A DNA stretch of 64,000 bases, from assembly GCA_951406725.2 (NCBI GenBank), contig OX597841.1, positions 25,110,001-25,174,000 of the forward strand, read 5' to 3'. The position numbers and the translations under genes are program-made. Numbering within the stretch: position 1 is the stretch's first letter; each line of letters opens with the position of its first letter. The notes under the pieces are model-generated. The model was not told where the DNA came from, did no database searches, and saw only the letters and a list, made by a program, of their open reading frames with translations. This DNA comes from Octopus vulgaris (Eukaryota). Below, piece by piece: positions 41,640 through 55,548 of this stretch.

Positions 41640-44273
41640 GCAGCGGTGTCACATACTACGGACCGACAGAAAAGAAAGGAGTCATGGAGGAGTTTCTATG
41701 TACATCTGTGAGGACCTCACACCCCAGGTCTTTTTGTCGTACTCAAATTCGGTGTGTGACACACTAATTGTACATACAAGGCAACTTGGGGTAGTTATAT
41801 GTGCTACACATCGCCCTCCAGATGCCCCAAGCCATGTAGGCAAGTTTGAAGACTGCCTTATAAAAATAGAAGAAGTTCTAGTCACATTAGAACAACACAT
41901 AAGTGTACTTCTTATGGGAGACTTCAATCTACCCAATGTCAGATGGCCCGAGGGCCTTTCTCTCCCAGGAATGACACGATGTGAACGAGGACAGGCGAGG
42001 TCCCTCCTGAACCTCATCAACACTCTGTACATGGAGCAAGTAATACTCCAACCAACCAGGGCAGGTAACATACTGGATCTCTGCTTCACAAATAATATGG
42101 ATCTCATCCATAATGTGAAAGTGACGCCGACACTACTCTCGGATCACAACATGCTAGAGCTGAACATGTACGGTCCAAAGGAAAGCATGGACATGCAGCC
42201 TACAAGAAACTCTCATAATCTTTCCAGCTTGAACTTCCATAAGGCAAACTGGAAACAAATTGAGAAAGAGATCTTCAAACAAAACTGGCCTGAATGTCTA
42301 TCCTCGCCAGACATCGACATGAAACTTCAACAATTCATGTCTGTAATGCAAGCCATATGCTACAAATGTGTCCCAGAGAGAAAGGCCACTGTACACAAGA
42401 GCAAAATCCCCAGAGAGATGAAAATTCTAATGAGACAGCGTACAAAAGTTTCAAATCGCCTAAACAAACAAATTGAAAGCAGTGAAATGTCCCGCCTGAA
42501 AATAAAACTGCTGGAAATTGAAAAATGTCTGCAACTCTGCCATGAAAAAGAAAGAGTAGACAAAGAAGCCTGGGCTATAGACAACATAAAATCTAACCCC
42601 AGAGCTCTCTACAGGTATGCCAAAGAAACAGCTACGGTGCACTGTAGGATAGGGCCACTCCTTGAAAAGGATGGCACACTCACAGGAAATCCAATGAGGG
42701 TAAGTGAAATACTAAATGAGCAATTCAAGAGTATTTTCACTCCACCCCTAGGGCATTTTCAAGTCAGCAATCCAACTGACTTCTTCACCACTGCAGATAT
42801 AAAATCAGAGGCAGCGATGATTGATTACATCAAAATAAAGGAGGATGATGTAATAAAGGCTATTGATTAAATGAAAACAAACTCAGCTACTGGCCCCGAT
42901 GGATTCCCAGCAATCCTTCTAAAAGTATGTAAGAGAGTCCTAGCAAGACCACTGCAGTTCCTCTTTCAGAGCTTCCTTGCAATTGGCAAACTTCCAAGAA
43001 AACTGAAGGAAGGTAAAATATGCCCTATTCATACAGGAGGTAGCAGAGCGGAGGCCAAGAACTACAGACCTATCTCTCTCACCTCACACATCAGCAAGGT
43101 CATGGAACGAATAGTCAGAAGGAAACTGATCACATTCCTTGAAGAAAATGACTTGCTGCCTGACACCCAACATGGTTTCCGACCAGGAAGAAGCTGCTTA
43201 ACTCAGCTCCTACAACACTATGACTGGGTGCTGAAACGACTGCTCAACCACTCAAATGTGGAAGTCATATATCTCGACTTTGCAAAGGCCTTTGATAAAG
43301 TCGATCATGGAAAGATATGTCACAAACTGCGTGATCTTGGCATAGTTGGAAAATTGGGAGAATGGCTTCATGACTTTCTGAAGGATATAAGTCAGGTGGT
43401 AGTAGCCAATGGGGCCACTTCCATTAACATGCAAATAGTGAGCGGTGTTCCACAAGGCACTGTTCTGGGACCACTACTGTTCACAATGGCTCTCTCAGAC
43501 ATGCCCTCAGCCACGCAGAGAGCCACGATCACAAGTTATGCAGATGATACAAAAGTTTCACAGGCAATACAGAACCCTGAAGACGCTAAGCACCTGCAAT
43601 GTGAGCTGGACAAAATATACAAGTGGGCTGAAAAGAATAGCATGCAGTTCAATGCTGAAAAGTTTCAAGATTTATACTATCAGCATGCAAAACTAAATGC
43701 AATACCCAAAAAATACACTGGACCTGGAGGGATTGCAATCCCAGAGGCACAATCAGTGCGAGATATCTGGGTATTTACATGAGTGATGATGCAACTTTTC
43801 ATGTGCATGTTGCTAAATTGGCAATGAAATGTAGGCGGCTGACTGGATGGATTCTTAGAAACTTTAGAACAAGAGATCAGGAAACCATGATGGTCCTCTG
43901 GAGGACACTTGTCCTAAGTCACTTTGACTATTGCTCTCAGCTATGGTCACCATCCAGTGTCAAGTTAATCACAGAACTTGAGGCGATCCAACGAAGGTGC
44001 ACGAAGAAGATAGCCTCTGTGCAGCATATAAGCTATTGGGAAAGACTCAAGAGACTGAGACTCTATTCCTTAGAGCGTAGGCAAGAAAGATATGCTACAA
44101 TATACATCTGGAAGATTCTAGAAGGACTTGTCCCAAACTTTGGCATCGAGAGTTACACAAATGCCAGAACTGGGCGCCACTGCATAGTGCCAAGGACTCC
44201 AAATTTGCCATCAAGATGTAGGACAAGATACTGTGATAGCCTGGTTTTCCGAGGCCCACAGCTCTTCAATATC
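41640..44273 (+). mobile_element. CR1/L2-group LINE ORF2 (APE endonuclease plus RT), disrupted
   Basis: MGDFNLP, GNILDLCFTN, SDH; YRPISLTS, YLDFAKAFDKV, SGVPQGTVLGPLLF, YADD. In-frame TAA at 42868-42870 and a frameshift at ~43775. Confidence 0.95.
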
Positions 44274-45335
44274 CACACATGCACACATACATGCATACAT
44301 GCAATTATGTGGGTTGGCTTTGTTTCGGGCGTGCGTCGGTGCGTGTGTGTGTGTGTGCCTGTGGATTCGCATGCGCCCGCACCGGAAGAGTTTTTTTTCC
44401 ATCAATCTTTCAGTTGTGAAGTGTGTGCTTGCATGCATATATATACACACATAAAAACATATAAACACACATATAAACCCCTACATTTGTACACACACGC
44501 ACATACATACATACATTCACTCCCACAAACGTACACACACACATTTACATATATATACAATACACGCACACACACATACACACGTACAAACACACACTAA
44601 TTCACATACACACAACATATACCAACACGCGCACGCACACATACACATAGTACACACATATAAGCACAGACACACACATACATACGCACACCAAAACATA
44701 CGCACACATGCGCAGGCACACGCGCGGAAAAAACACACAAACCCCGGATACTCGCATATACATCCATATACGCTTACACACACACACACATACAAACGCA
44801 CACAAACACGCACACACAACTACACGCACATACATACACACACACACACACACACAAATGAACCCACACATACAACCCATACACACGGCACACAACCGTA
44901 CATACACGCACACACATACATACACGCACACAATTATACATACATATATATACACACACGCACGTACAAGCACACACGCACGTACAAGCACACACGCGCA
45001 CATACACTAAGTTATGCACAGTTACTCGCCACACACCCAAACTCCACGCATACACACAAAAAACACACACGTACACACACACATACTACAAACAGAACAC
45101 ACACACGATACATATACGTGCACGCACACACACATACCTCCCTGATTTTGACCTGCTATTGTACCCACAAACCACTCCTTAATTCTTACTACTAGCCTGC
45201 TACCCAGTTGTTCGCCATACACACACACACACACACGCACACACACACGCACACAAACACACATTTGTCATCATCGCACACTTTCTTCACCTTTGATATA
45301 ACTCTCCTTGTTTTTAAAAACATTTTCTTCTACTT

Positions 45336-46190
45336 TTACCACTTCCGTCTTGTAGTATGTGACCTCGTCTGTATCACTAGCGATTTTTTCGCCTGTCTTC
45401 CCTTCTCGGAATCTTTCCTTCTCCTATTTTTCCGACGAAGAGCTCCGCTCGACACCTCAAACCCTCCTTTTTCCCTTCTTTCCTGAGCGTCCAAGAAAGT
45501 ATAGGCTAGATTGTGACAGCAAAAACTATTACGCTCCTTAAGATTATTTATAATAGATAAATTAGCTTTGATAATAAAGAAAACTTCATTGATGCATAAA
45601 GAGCATTTTCTAGTCCTATTGTTATACGCTGGTGCAGAAGTAAGAATTTTCCAATGTAAATTATAATCAATATTCTTGCTTTTAAGCACCCAAATATATG
45701 TACTTAACCCTGTAGAATTAATCCTATTCTTATTCCTAAAAGTGTATCTATGATAGTTAAACCTCTGTTTCATACTATTTTTAGTAGCACCAATATATAC
45801 CCTACTATCGTATTGTGTACTCACAATACATTGGTACACCACCTCTTTTTTCAAGCATTCATTATTGAACACACAGTTGTCTTTAATTCTGCAATTGCAG
45901 CTATTATCTAATTGAAAAAGTTTAACCTTATTACGATTCTCGGCATCAATATTATTATTGATAATGTTAACATCATTCTCAATATTTATTCCTATATTCA
46001 ACGGTGGTCAATATTTAACGTTATTAATATTATTCAAATCGTTAGAACTGATACTACAAATACCAATATCATCAACCAAGTTACTATTCGTCGCTACAGA
46101 AATAGCGTTATCATTACCTCCATATGGGCTACTCACACTCGCACTATTAAAATTATTAAATCTCAAGTGGTAGTGAGGCACATTACTGCT
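45336..46190 (-). mobile_element. Penelope-like element fragment (GIY-YIG endonuclease)
   Basis: CNCR..C..ECL linker, VVYQC..VYIGAT..KQRFNYH, STGLSTYIW, CSLCINE, CCH. Confidence 0.9.
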
Positions 46191-46204
46191 ACCTATGTTT
46201 ATCT

Positions 46205-46283
<79 letters not shown>

Positions 46284-47102
46284 TAAATAAATAAATAAGG
46301 ACAATATCAATATTTAAATATCGATATTATCAAGTGTTCAGCATGGAAATAAATAACATAGAAAGGTAATAATTTTTTACAACTATAAATAAGGGTATCT
46401 GAGAGACACCACCATGCCGAAATAGTAGTCAAATCCCTGACTTTAAAAACCACCTAAAATGTTCATATTGCACCACAAGATAAGACAGAGGGTCAAAATA
46501 AACTAGCAAAAAGATATTACTGGATAATTCAAGTTCCTGAATTTCTAGCTTGGCTTCAAATAAACTCTGCTTTCATCAGTTGAATAAACCAGATGGTATA
46601 TTCAATGTGATTTCAATGTCATTCGTTGAAAGCATGCGAAATAACTCGGAAAAGAAAAAACCTTACGAAACAAATCTCCGTTGCTGTAACACTGAGTTTT
46701 CCGGTGACCTACGGGTAGTCTAGTATTTATATAAGCACAACTCTGTAACGTGACACACATAAAGAAATAAATCATGTAATGATGGAAAAGAATTCACGAA
46801 AAGGAAAATAAACACTGTTCAATATATTTGTTTTAATACGGTTGTAAAAGTAAAAACAGTCCGAAAGGAAAGATTACCCAAGAAGGGGACAACATTGAAT
46901 TTAATGATGACAAAACTTGAATTTAATGATGCCGACAATTTGAAAGAATTTTGAAGGGTTTTCTTATTATCGTGAGAATTTGCAGTTTTTAAGTTCTCTT
47001 ACCTCTTCCCTACCTTTCCCGCCTCCTCTCAATCTCTCCCTCAATATGTTTCTTCCCGTTCAATGACAACATCATGGACATTATATCACAATATCCTATG
47101 TT

Positions 47103-47424
47103 TTATGTCCACCGGCGCATTCCAATACACTGATCCTTTCTTCGCCACCATTCCCATATGTTTTCATACCATGTTGGCTTGTAATAATCGACAGCGTGTA
47201 GCATCGCACAAACACGACACCAAAGTAGGGTATCAAAAAATTCTCCTGTTCCTTTCCATTTAAAATACTCATTATAAAGAGTATCATTTTTATCAAGTTT
47301 ATGCAGATAATCTGCCAATTCTTTTGGGGATTTGAAATCCTCGTAGTGGATGTATGAATTCTCGGGTGCTACTTTACGATAGTCGTCGGGATGGGCACCC
47401 ATTACAATTGGAATAACATTATTT
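47103..47424 (-). CDS. GT10 fucosyltransferase terminal coding exon
   Basis: Acceptor CTTTTGTCTATTGCAG|A completes the phase-2 codon (AA+A=Lys). Reads NNVIPIVMGAHPDDY..APENSYIHYEDFKSPKELADYL..YNEYFKW..CRVCAMLH..QCIGMRRWT*. Confidence 0.92.
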
Positions 47425-47996
47425 CTGCAATAGACAAAAGTAAAAAAGAAAACGAAAATACGGCTGCCATAAACAATATTGGAATAAGAAATAATGATTC
47501 ATGCAAGCAAATTATATATAATTCATATATAAAGATATCATATAAATTATCTATCTATCTACATACTATCTATATAAATATATATATATAAATATATATA
47601 TATAAAACTGAGAATGTCTGACTGACTGTGTCTGTATGTGTACATCACTTAAACTCGAGAACTACCCAACCAATTTCATGCAAATTTACACATGCCTTAA
47701 TTAGGGTCCATGCAGTGTAATGGGCGAAATGAAGTTTCAGCTTCTTACGTTATGCGAGCCCGGTACAAACTCTTATCTCTTACGCTGTTTCAGTATTACG
47801 TGTCAAAAGTGAAACAATAACATCTCTATTGTAATGTAAGATAATACTTTCAGTTTAATTCTTTAACTATTAATACTTTCAGTAAGTATATAATACATAC
47901 ATAGTGAAAAAATTAATACTGACACTATTATATCACATACATACATGTATATGTATGCATTCATATATGTGTATATACATCTGCACATATATATGA

Positions 47997-48073
<77 letters not shown>

Positions 48074-48092
48074 CATATATATAAAGATAGAC

Positions 48093-48224
<132 letters not shown>

Positions 48225-48560
48225 GTGTATGTATATGTATAGATGTGTATGTATATGTATGTATGTGTATATAAAGTTATCCCCAAAATTTCGCCCTTTA
48301 CCTGTTGTTTCTAGCATGTTCGAGGTGACATTTGCGTCCCCATTCCCTTATCCTTTTCTCATCCTATTCACATTCCTATGTTTTCCATACAGGAGATTTG
48401 CTCCTTCCATCCACCCAAACACGTTCGTAATACTTTGGCTTTCTCCCTCCCAAACTCTATTTCTTTATTCTTTACTTTTCCCACGTCTTTTTCTCGGTAA
48501 TCCACGATGAAACAAACAGACAGTTCGAATCTTTAAGAGTCTTTCTTTTTTCTTGAAGAA

Positions 48561-48618
48561 ACACTAACATCTCCTTCCCCCAACATCCTCTCATAACCTC
48601 ACCACTTTCAAATAACTA

Positions 48619-48671
<53 letters not shown>

Positions 48672-48927
48672 TGTTTGTGTGTGTGTGTGTGTCGCGCGTG
48701 TGCATATTTTCGTTATTGATTCGATAAGTGAGTTGCCCATCTGAATCATTTGATTACTGAATCATTTGATACGTCATGCGTCAAGATGGGCAACTCACTT
48801 ATCGAATCCATAACGAAAATATGCACACGCGCGAAACAGACACACACACACACACACACACACACACTGTAGTTATTTGAAAGTGGTGAGGTTATGAGAG
48901 GATGTTGGGGGAAGGAGATGTTAGTGT
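48561..48927. repeat. Imperfect palindrome with (TG)n/(CA)n in the arms, inside the FucT intron
   Basis: ACACTAACATCTCCTTCCCCC..GCCCATCT pairs with AGATGGGC..GGGGGAAGGAGATGTTAGTGT. Confidence 0.9.
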
Positions 48928-49081
48928 ATATATATATATATATATATATATGAGACTTTTTCTTGCAGTTGAAGAAATAGCCAAATTTTTGGCTGCTATT
49001 TCTAAAAAGCTCGGTGTGTGGTAAAGTAAATTTTTTTTTTTAGTTTACCATATTTTTATAAATTAATACTTCATATATATA

Positions 49082-49164
<83 letters not shown>

Positions 49165-49313
49165 TCTATCTCTCCGCTCCCACTCTCTTTGTATATATAT
49201 ATATATATAATATAATTCGAGACAAAACCACTATTTTAAAACCAAACATTTGGATTTAACCCTAAATCTGATTTTTCCCTGTAATTTTGGATTCATTCCC
49301 TAATATTTATTAT

Positions 49314-49399
<86 letters not shown>

Positions 49400-50103
49400 T
49401 ATATTTATATATATATTTGTGTGTGTATGTATGTATGTGTATGTGTCTGTGTGTCTGTGTGTGTCTGTGTGTATATATATATAAATGTGAGAGTTGGTGT
49501 GTGAAAGCACGTAGTTGGATGTATAAAAAATAAAAAGAGTGAAAAAACTACAGAAGGCTTGTGTTATAAATTTCTTTAACTACATCATGACATGTCTTCG
49601 CTATGACACAATGTAGGTAAAGAAATTTGGCAAATTTGAAGAGAAAATACGAAACCGGTTATTTCTCCAAAGACTGTTACTATACACACAATTTTATACC
49701 ATATTTCTAACATATTCTTTAACTTTATAAAAGAAACCTTCTGTAGTTTTCAATCTTTTTTTTATTTTTTACATGATCCCTATTGATCGTTTTTTTTTCT
49801 TTCCTTTTTACGATCCCTTTTGATCGAAAATCTACTCCACATTTTTTTTTCCCCAACAAGAAAAGCACTGCTTTGTAATTTGTCCCGTCTGTGTTCAGCC
49901 CTGTGTGGCAATAAAGAAACATATACATATACTTATATGTATGCACACCCTTGTCTATGCAGTTACCAGCTATTTTCCCCTAGCTAATCTGCATCTCTCA
50001 TACATGAGTGTGTATTCATCCAGTACATATCAATAAATAGACATACTTGAACGTTTACCGGCTGATGTCAATCGATTGTTTATCCTCTTCGTTTTATTAA
50101 TTG

Positions 50104-50167
<64 letters not shown>

Positions 50168-50323
50168 TCATACACACAAACGTATCCCCCAATATTTACT
50201 GTCAGGCTTATGGCGAGTATATGTGTGGCGGTGTATGCGTCACCCTTTCCAATGGAAGTCTCACCTATGAACAAGTCAACACATGTTTGTATAGCACTAT
50301 CCACCCTAGCTAAATCATATATT

Positions 50324-50388
<65 letters not shown>

Positions 50389-50393
50389 ATATG

Positions 50394-50468
<75 letters not shown>

Positions 50469-50694
50469 TTTTTTTTATATATTTTTTTTTATTAATTGTT
50501 AACAAGGTAAAAATACACTCATCTATTTATAAATATATATACATATATATATACATATACATATATATATATATATTTTTGTCATTTATATATATATACA
50601 TATATATATACATATAAATATATATACATATGAATATATATATATATATATATATATAAATATAAATATATATACATATACATATACATATATA

Positions 50695-50752
<58 letters not shown>

Positions 50753-51144
50753 TCTATATATTATATATATTGGCTTGTATTGGCATCGTTTCTGTCTCGG
50801 GAGACAATGGAGATAGATAGATATAAATATAGATTGATAGATAGATATAGATATAGATATAAATATATACGTTCTGAGTTCAAATTCCGCTGAGGTTGAC
50901 ATTGCCGTTCATTCTTTTGGGGTAGATAAATTAAGTACCTGTTGTGTACTGAGCTGAATCTTATCGACTTCCCCTATCCCCAGAAATTTCGGTCCTTCTA
51001 CACACATCGTCGCTGGAGTTTCATTGAAATAACATTAACTATAAGGAATTAACCCACTCTGAAGAAAGAGAGCCATTCGAAAAGCACTACTTAATCTCAT
51101 TAATTCAAATACAAGACACATGGATTTAAAATTCAAGTACTTAC

Positions 51145-52099
51145 TTCAAACCAGTAGTAAAGAATTTTTCAGAAATATATTCTCTACAATTGGAATTTTT
51201 TCGAATGCCAAATAAAATTTGTATTCCTTTTTTAACATCTCAAAGCAACTATATTTATCCTCTCTTTTGCAAACTTTTGTACCACATCCACCGTAAATAT
51301 CCACCTGGATATATTTTCCGAGCTCCTTAGCATAACCCATTCGATTGTTGCTTGGACGACAGTTCGATACGAACCAAGCAACCTTCTTTGTTTTTCCCGC
51401 TGCATAATTTTGAAGTTGTACTTTTTGTCTTACTGACTTGTTAAAATATCGAAATTTCTCGTAAGGATTTACAATCGTACTGTCCTGCCGATAAGTAATC
51501 GTCCAGTTGATTTTATTTCCCAGGTGTTTCACTGATGGGTTGAAAACAGCAGACTCATGTGTATCAAGAATCCATATTTGGTTCCGGTAGGTTGGTTTCT
51601 GTGATAGTCCCACTTTCTTAAAAAAGAAAATAGCATCTACAATATCTTTCTTTTCTTTGTTGTGTGTGACTAAACATTCATTAACTGGACATTTATATTC
51701 CAGGAAAGTCGTTTGATTTTCCTTCAATGGTTGCAGCCATGGTAGATTTTTGAAACTGTATATTAACAACGTTTTAAACTTTGGTCTATTTGGCTTTAAC
51801 TTTACATTTCGATCAGAATCTGACTGATTTTGGTGCGTATTCCGTTCATAATTTTCCCATTTTTCCTCTCTTGGTAGGACATATTTCATTTGAGCTTCGA
51901 TACGATCGTTTTCACTCTGATTACCTGGAAACAATTGAGAGGAATTCCTTCTGTAGGAAACATACTGCTCAGCTGTTGGAGTCCAATTCCAAATGTTTTG
52001 TTGGTTCTTGAGATTGTATTCAAATTGAGAAATATAAAAAGAAATGCATACTACTATGAATATGACAAAGATGAAAAATATCTTGCGGTAGGTGTCCAT
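51145..52099 (-). pseudogene. GT10 fucosyltransferase large 5' exon, copy 3, with a +2 frameshift in the catalytic motif
   Basis: The T-run at 51196-51201 has 6 nt versus 4 in copies 1 and 2. The corrected frame reads FENSNCREYISEKFFTTGLK; donor GTAAGT at 51139-51144. Confidence 0.8.
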
Positions 52100-52659
52100 T
52101 CCTTATTTGGTGTGATGTGAACAGTTTCATGTCGTTATTCATGTAGCAGTAAGTATTTATTGATTGAGGCAGTGAACTAGTTAGGTAAAAGGATTGATCA
52201 GTAACAAAGATCTATAAAATCATAAAACAAACAACTGTTGTCTTCTTTATGAGGAAAAACGAGCCAATAGACAGTCGACAAATTGTTCGATCAAGAGAAA
52301 AATATCAGCTAAAACACACCTCAACGCCTTCGACAATTAAATTCAGAAGCACAATGATACACGCCTCGTGCACACAACACACACACACACACACATGCAT
52401 GCGCGCACATGCAGGCACGCACATACACTAAATACATATATACATATATGATATGTAAATATGCATATGAAGAGACTCATGCGAACACGTAGGTCAATAG
52501 TTGCAAAATGTCTGAATATTTACTGTCAGGCTTATGGCGAGCATGTGATTGAAGTCGTATCCGTTACCCTTTCCAATGGAACTCTCACTTATGAACAAGT
52601 CAACACATGTTTGTATAGCACTATCAACCCTAGCTAAATCATATATTTATATATATAAC

Positions 52660-52906
52660 AGGGATGACCTTTACGTGGACATTGATATGCTAGAAGTTGA
52701 TCCGCTATGGTCTTAACTCTAAGAAGGCATTGTTCGCAAGAAAATCTTAGCAAACTCCAAAAGGTAAGCGACCAAGTCAAACGAGAAGAATCAAAATTAA
52801 TCACAAACAAGTTTGCTTAAATTTTCTTGAGAACATTCTTTTCTTTGTGGTAATATCATAGCGGATCTACTTCGAGCATATGGATGTCCACGTAGTTGTC
52901 ATCCCT
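52660..52906. repeat. Diverged inverted-repeat element; only the left arm survives at ~11146 and ~19276
   Basis: AGGGATGAC..ACGTGGACAT..GATCCGCTATG pairs with CATAGCGGATC..ATGTCCACGT..GTCATCCCT. Confidence 0.8.
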
Positions 52907-53033
52907 CTTATATATATGTAATATAAATTTCCTGTATCTTCAGATTTTAATATGCTAGACCACTGGTTTTAAATTGATAATAATCAAATTAATATTCAAT
53001 TTTTCACCCTTATGATTTTAAATTTATATATAC

Positions 53034-53410
53034 TCTTTTACTTGTTTCAGTCATTTGACTGAGGCCATGCTGGAGCACTGCCTTTAGTCGAGCAAATCGA
53101 CCCAAGGACTTATTCTTTGTAAGCCTAGTACATACTCTATCGTACTCTTTTGCCGAACCGCTAGGTTTTGGGGACGTAAACACACCACCATCGGTTGTCA
53201 AGCGATGTTGGGGGAACAGACACACACACATACACACACACACACATACACACACACACACATACATATATATACATATATACGACAGGCTTCTTTCAGT
53301 TTCCGTCTACCAAATCCACTCACAAGGCTTTGGTCGACCCGAGGCTTTAGGAGAAGACACTTGCCTAAGTGGGACTGAACCCGGAACCATGTGGTTCGTA
53401 AGCAAGCTAC
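53034..53410 (-). mobile_element. tRNA-derived SINE with internal (TG)n; head interrupted at 53410
   Basis: Minus strand GTAGCTTGCTTACGAACCACATGGTTCCGGGTTCAGTCCCA..GGCAAGTGTCTTCT..GACTGAAACAAGTAAAAGAG. Confidence 0.8.
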
Positions 53411-55225
53411 TTTATTTAAAAAATTTTGCCATAATGGCATGACACAGAGTAGGTTGCGGGCTGGACAAAGACATTGATGAGGTGAATGATGGAAAGGATG
53501 ATATTAATGGGAGAAGACATAAAACCTCCGCCGATTTTTTGCTTCTCTAATACATTATTCTCTTCTTTTCTTCACAGAAAAAAGACAAAACGAGGTTATG
53601 AACCTCTTACTTCAGTTTTACAATTATTGGACGAATGGTCCATTTAAGAATTGGGGCGTTAAGCCTCTAAAACACAATAACAGGCAATAAACACTAAACA
53701 TTATACAATAAACATAACACTGAGGATTTTCAACCTCTTGTCACTATTCCTCCCAAACATCGCTTGTGCCCGTATACTCTGCCATCACCCTCATCTCATT
53801 CAAGACCAAGGCGGGATCCGAGCCGGCGTCGCCTGGCCACAAGCGACATTTCTCATTGAGTCCCTGCTGCCTATACATCACGGGCAACGTTATGACCTCC
53901 ACAACTATCTGCAGAGGCCATTCGGGATCCTGTGTCAAGGTTAAAGGTACTCCCTTATGGTGCTTTTCCACCACCTCTTCTACCTCTCCACCTCTGTAGA
54001 AGAAGACCAATAGTTCATCTTCCCATGGGTTCGAGGTAGTCAATTCTACCGTTGGCAACACAATTCCCTCCAACGGTGTCTCTTCTGCTGGTAGCACAAC
54101 CCCTACCGGCAAGGTTCCGGAACATTCCGGTGCTATGTCACCGACTGCCGGCAATGTCCCGTTTCTCTTCCTCTTCCTCTTTTTTTCTCAACTGAAGGAG
54201 GGTGTGTCTCCTCCATGACCAGGAGATTCGCCTCCCCTCCCTCATCCTTAGGATCCTTCGGTGAGCATCCATTGTTGCTCACCTTCCTCTTGCGGCCCTT
54301 ATTTGAGGAGTCCTCCGTCTCCTCGGCCGCCTTAGCTCTTTCTTCTACAGAGGTCACAATCAACTGCTCCAGGACCTTGCTTTGTTCCTGAGGATTTTTC
54401 TTTATATGGCCAGGCTCCAGGTGCCTATGACACCTGGTGGGGGTGAGAACAACCTTCAAGAATCAAGGCCATTTTCAAAGAATCTGGCATAACCAGGTTC
54501 ATGGCTAATTGGGTCCACAGGGTCAAAACAGCTTTTGACACAACCCAATCAGCCGTAGGAAGAATTTTCACATTGAGGAGCCTGGTTCCGCTGCCACCCA
54601 GATCCCAACGGATAGTATCCTCTAACCACTTGGGTTCAATTCCGTGTGGCAAACCACAAACCCAAGCCCTCGTCAATTTCTTCCCACAATAAGTGGGGAG
54701 AAACTAAATTTATTTACCCTCAAAGGGCTGGCTCACAAAACTGCGAACCTCATCTGGGGTCTCAAACAGCAACCACACTGTTGCATATTTGACACCCCTA
54801 GAGATATACTTAATGGTTGGCAGATGCTCTGTCAACTCCTGCTCAATCATCTGCTTGGAGAAGACGGTAGTGGTGTCAAGAACCTTTGAATACATTCTCA
54901 ACATCACTGTCTTCTCTTGCAGTCTGAGCCACTTTTTAGGTGGGACAATCTCCCACTCTACAAACTTAACCGAATTTTTTTGCCATGTCTTAAATTAAAA
55001 AGTAAAAAGTCGAAAACAATAGTTCACAAATTTCAAAAAGAAAAGAGAGAAATCAAAAGTTAACAAAAGGAAGAGGAGAAAAACAGTTGGATAAGAATGT
55101 CACAATAGAAGAAAACAGCAGTTCAACAGAACACAGCAAAAAAACTCTTCTAGGCATTCAGGTACTCCATTCCCTATGGTACTCCGATTAGAACCTGAAC
55201 TGCTCCACTTGAAATACAGCTTTCA
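53411..55225 (-). mobile_element. ORF1-only (HAL1-like) L1/Tx1-type element, near full length
   Basis: Frameshifted ORF from ATG 54986 to ~53808 (RAWVCGLPHGIEPKWL, knuckle CHRxLEPGHIKKN) runs straight into a T-rich 3' UTR ending AATAAAG, with no ORF2 sequence. Confidence 0.65.
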
Positions 55226-55548
55226 GTTATTGGTAAACGTAGTTGTAAAAACATACTCTATTAAAAAAGTGAACAACTTTTGGTTGAAGGATACGCCCCC
55301 AAACTATACTTCTCATAATGAGTAAAAGTTCCCACTTAATGTGAACAATATTTCTGAACAGCAAGCAGACCAACATCCTGGACCCAGTGATGATTCCTTG
55401 TTTGTAAAAAATATAACCATAGACAACAACCCCCACTGGACCCAAGAAACAAAAGTCTTACCTTGCGGCAGATTCTTCAGTGTACGCATGCGTACACTGT
55501 GTACGCATGCGTACACTGACAACAAAGACTCATGGGTAAGCAAGCTAC

